Shown here: in pieces, positions 62,067 through 64,000 of the stretch | Position numbering within the stretch: the first letter of the stretch is position 1 | Layout of the letters: the number at the start of each line of letters is the position of its first letter | Assembly: GCA_035570235.1 (NCBI GenBank) | Contig: DATMML010000051.1 | Span: 892-64,891, forward strand | Direction of reading: 5' to 3' | DNA length: 64,000 nt | From: Vicinamibacteria bacterium | GTDB lineage: Bacteria; Acidobacteriota; Vicinamibacteria; Fen-336 | Made by a program: the position numbers and the translations under genes | Notes under the pieces: generated by a model | What the model was told of the DNA's origin: nothing | The model's input: the letters and a program-made list of their open reading frames with translations, nothing else | The model's database searches: none

Positions 62067-63590
62067 ATGGCGGTCGCAGCCGCAAGCGTGACATCGTCTG
62101 AATCACGGTTCTTGAACCGCTGGCTCATCCTGTTAGCCAGCATCCTCAGCATGGTGGCCGTTGCGAACTTCCAGTACGGCTGGACACTCTTCGTGCCACC
62201 CCTTCAGAAGCACCTCGGACAAGAGCAAGCCCTCATCCAGGTCACCTTCACCGTGTTCGTGCTGCTCGAGACCTGGCTCGTCCCCTTCGAGGGTTGGCTG
62301 GTGGACAAGTTCGGACCGAGGCTCCTCGTGATGCTCGGTGGCGTCCTGGCCGGGCTCGGCTGGGTCGGCAGCGGATATGCAGAGTCGCTCACTGCTCTGT
62401 ACCTGTCCTACGCCGTCGCCGGGCTGGGCGCGGGCATCGTCTACGGCACGGCGGTCGGTAGCGCCCTCAAGTGGTTCCCCGACCACCGAGGGCTGGCGGC
62501 GGGTTTGACCGCGGCCGGCTTCGGTGCCGGCTCTGCCATGACCGTGGTACCGATCGCTAACATGATCAACACCTCCGGTTACCAAGCGGCGTTCATCGAG
62601 TGGGGCATCATCCAGGGAGCGGTGGTCGTCATCGCGGCCCTGTTCTTGCAGGCGCCGCCCGTCGGCTGGATGCCCGTGGCTTGGTCACAGGCGGCGCGGG
62701 GAGAACTGGTGAAGAAGCGCCAATCGGGGGTCGATTTCACGTCCGGGCAGATGGTCTCCACGCCCCAGTTCTGGTTGATGTACGTGATGATGACGCTCGT
62801 TGCTACCGGTGGCCTCATGGCTGTTGCGCAGCTCAACCCGATGGCGACCGACTTCAAAGTGGACAAGATCTCGGTCAGTCTCTTCTGGATCACGCTGCCG
62901 GCGCTGCAGTTCGCCCTCTCTGCGGACCGGATAGTGAACGGGCTCTGCCGCCCGTTCTGGGGGTGGGTCTCCGATCACATCGGCCGTGAGTACACCATGA
63001 CCCTAGCCTTCGGCCTGGAGGCAGTGGCCATTTTCGTGCTCATCCAGTTCGCCCATAACCCCTTGCTCTTCGTCATCTTCAGCGCTTTCACCTTCTTCGG
63101 TTGGGGCGAGATCTTCTCCCTGTTCCCGGCTATCTGCGGCGACTTCTTCGGGCGCAAGCACGCCACCGCGAACTACGGGTTCCTCTACACGGCCAAGGGC
63201 ACGGCGTCCGTCTTCGTGCCCATCGGGTCCGCCCTGGCCGCGGGTAAGGCTTTTGACTTCCGCGCGGACATCCTGCTCGTGCTGGGTGGTGTCCTGGTCC
63301 TTTTCGCGCTCTTCCTAGCTCCGTCCGTGTTCCGCCTGGAACTCGGCGGAACCGCGAAGACCGCTCTGCTGGTGGTGGCCGGCGCGCTGATCACGTATGG
63401 CCTCGTGCTCACGGTGCTCCCCAAGGTCTGGACCCCGTTTGACGCCAAGTTCACGCTGCCGAAGACCGGCTGGGCAGGTGTTTACACAGTGGCCATCGCC
63501 TTCGACGTGATCGCGGCGGTCCTCGCCTTCTTCGTCTTGCGGCGCATGAAGGTACCGGCTCCACCGGCGGGTGTCTCCGCAGCCGCCTAA
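62067..63590 (+). CDS. MFS transporter, oxalate:formate antiporter (OFA) family, with a C-terminal extension
   Basis: RBS GGAGGTG. NFQYGWTLFVPPLQKHLG, LVDKFGPR, ...CRPFWGWVSDHIGRE... are typical OFA/OxlT-like motifs. About 90 extra C-terminal residues carry more TM helices. Confidence 0.8.
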   Translation: MAVAAASVTSSESRFLNRWLILLASILSMVAVANFQYGWTLFVPPLQKHLGQEQALIQVTFTVFVLLETWLVPFEGWLVDKFGPRLLVMLGGVLAGLGWVGSGYAESLTALYLSYAVAGLGAGIVYGTAVGSALKWFPDHRGLAAGLTAAGFGAGSAMTVVPIANMINTSGYQAAFIEWGIIQGAVVVIAALFLQAPPVGWMPVAWSQAARGELVKKRQSGVDFTSGQMVSTPQFWLMYVMMTLVATGGLMAVAQLNPMATDFKVDKISVSLFWITLPALQFALSADRIVNGLCRPFWGWVSDHIGREYTMTLAFGLEAVAIFVLIQFAHNPLLFVIFSAFTFFGWGEIFSLFPAICGDFFGRKHATANYGFLYTAKGTASVFVPIGSALAAGKAFDFRADILLVLGGVLVLFALFLAPSVFRLELGGTAKTALLVVAGALITYGLVLTVLPKVWTPFDAKFTLPKTGWAGVYTVAIAFDVIAAVLAFFVLRRMKVPAPPAGVSAAA

Positions 63591-63698
63591 TGACCACCTG
63601 GCCCAAAGGCGGGGGTCATAGTGACCACCCCCGCTGGCAGCGGCAAACCGCTAGCCCCGGCTACCGACACCCTGGAGAGCAGGGTTGTGAGGCTAGGC

Positions 63699-63734
63699 TC
63701 TCCCCCCCGGCAGTGTTACCCGCCGGGGGGGAGG
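63699..63734 (+). terminator. G+C-rich 12-bp hairpin after the OFA gene
   Basis: CTCCCCCCCGGC-agtgttaccc-GCCGGGGGGGAG. No U tract. Confidence 0.45.
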
Positions 63735-63762
63735 AGAGCCGAAGTGATGTGCGAAATTGTGC

Positions 63763-63872
63763 TTGACAAGGGCCAGGTGCCGGGAGCATGGTAGTGGTCT
63801 GACCACCTGACCAGTAGCCCAGAATGGGGAGCCGCGGGAAGTTGATCTCGGGAGAGGAGTTACATGGCACAC
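63763..63872 (+). promoter_or_regulatory. Promoter/operator/RBS module, copy B (TTGACA-N17-GCATGG, TGGTCTGACCA plus a second TGACCA, GGAG RBS, ATG GCA CAC)
   Basis: TTGACA at 63763-63768, palindrome at 63795-63805, ATG at 63864. Homologous to 59531-59632 with a 6-nt indel. Confidence 0.6.
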
Positions 63873-64000
63873 TTCATCTGTGAAGTGGTGTATCGGGGCA
63901 TTTTCCAGAAGAACCTGGCCGCGCGAATCGTGCGCGGAATTGTGCTTTCGGCTCGCAAGTCCGGGAAGTGGGGCATCGCGTTCGGGCGTTATGGGGACAG
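63864..64000 (+). CDS. 5' end of a 2-oxoacid:ferredoxin oxidoreductase gamma-type subunit/domain (possible oxalate oxidoreductase); runs off the window
   Basis: MAHFICEVVYRGIFQKNLAARIVRGIVLSARKSGKWGIAFGRYGD aligns by eye with the E-I-R-x-x-G-R-G-G-Q-G...A..GK..QAF..FG..RRG start of PFOR/OFOR gamma subunits. Only 45 codons are visible. Confidence 0.5.
   Translation, partial: MAHFICEVVYRGIFQKNLAARIVRGIVLSARKSGKWGIAFGRYGD

Overview
High-G+C bacterial chromosomal segment from a diderm organism (beta-barrel OMPs and a porin ending in Phe). I count about 55 protein-coding genes and found no rRNA, tRNA or CRISPR array. Because of the G+C content, most long ORFs in the six-frame track are antisense or out-of-frame shadows of real genes. 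I chose real frames by recognisable motifs, third-position G+C, RBS context and start/stop coupling.

Content from left to right:
- 1-3487 (-): ABC importer, thioesterase, creatininase-family hydrolase, flavin reductase.
- 3553-8214 (-): membrane protein, M1 peptidase, di-iron ferritin-like protein, OMP.
- ~8500-8865 (+): decayed ECF sigma fragment.
- 8868-14371 (-): tightly coupled acyl-CoA-type operon (SDR, RidA, MarR, enoyl-CoA hydratase, acyl-CoA dehydrogenase, acidic protein, OYE flavoenzyme).
- 14446-14883 (+): BCP peroxiredoxin whose catalytic Cys codon is an in-frame TGA, i.e. a predicted selenoprotein that the ORF track truncates.
- 15066-25522: BON protein, amino-acid permease, K+-independent H+-pyrophosphatase, several small genes, a sulfatase-fold lipoprotein.
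- 25768-28580 (+): TetR regulator coupled to an SGNH-HEAT fusion.
- 28660-32550 (+): three-subunit molybdenum hydroxylase with the gene order and the extra [4Fe-4S] loop of 4-hydroxybenzoyl-CoA reductase.
- 32647-37302: membrane protein, citrate synthase, desaturase, secreted low-complexity protein.
- 37801-45637 (+): GYF-domain protein coupled to a PP2C phosphatase, then a DUF2339/DUF3999 pair.
- 45903-55993: M20 peptidase, then a glcDEF / lutABC / lctP lactate-glycolate cluster.
- 56000-64000: compositionally distinct C2/oxalate-type block. It holds a transposase tail remnant, a long divergent malate-synthase-like enzyme, a porin, an OFA-family MFS transporter and the start of a 2-oxoacid:ferredoxin oxidoreductase.

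I did not find a canonical defence or mobile system. The best candidates for overlooked or undescribed biology are:
1. The Sec-peroxiredoxin.
2. The duplicated promoter/operator module carrying a FadR/GntR-type palindrome that brackets the porin and OFA genes.
3. The HCR-like reductase with its own TATAAT promoter and palindromic operator.
4. The uncharacterised membrane pairs (DUF2339/DUF3999 and GYF/PP2C).

All functional calls come from motif recognition by eye; no database search was run.
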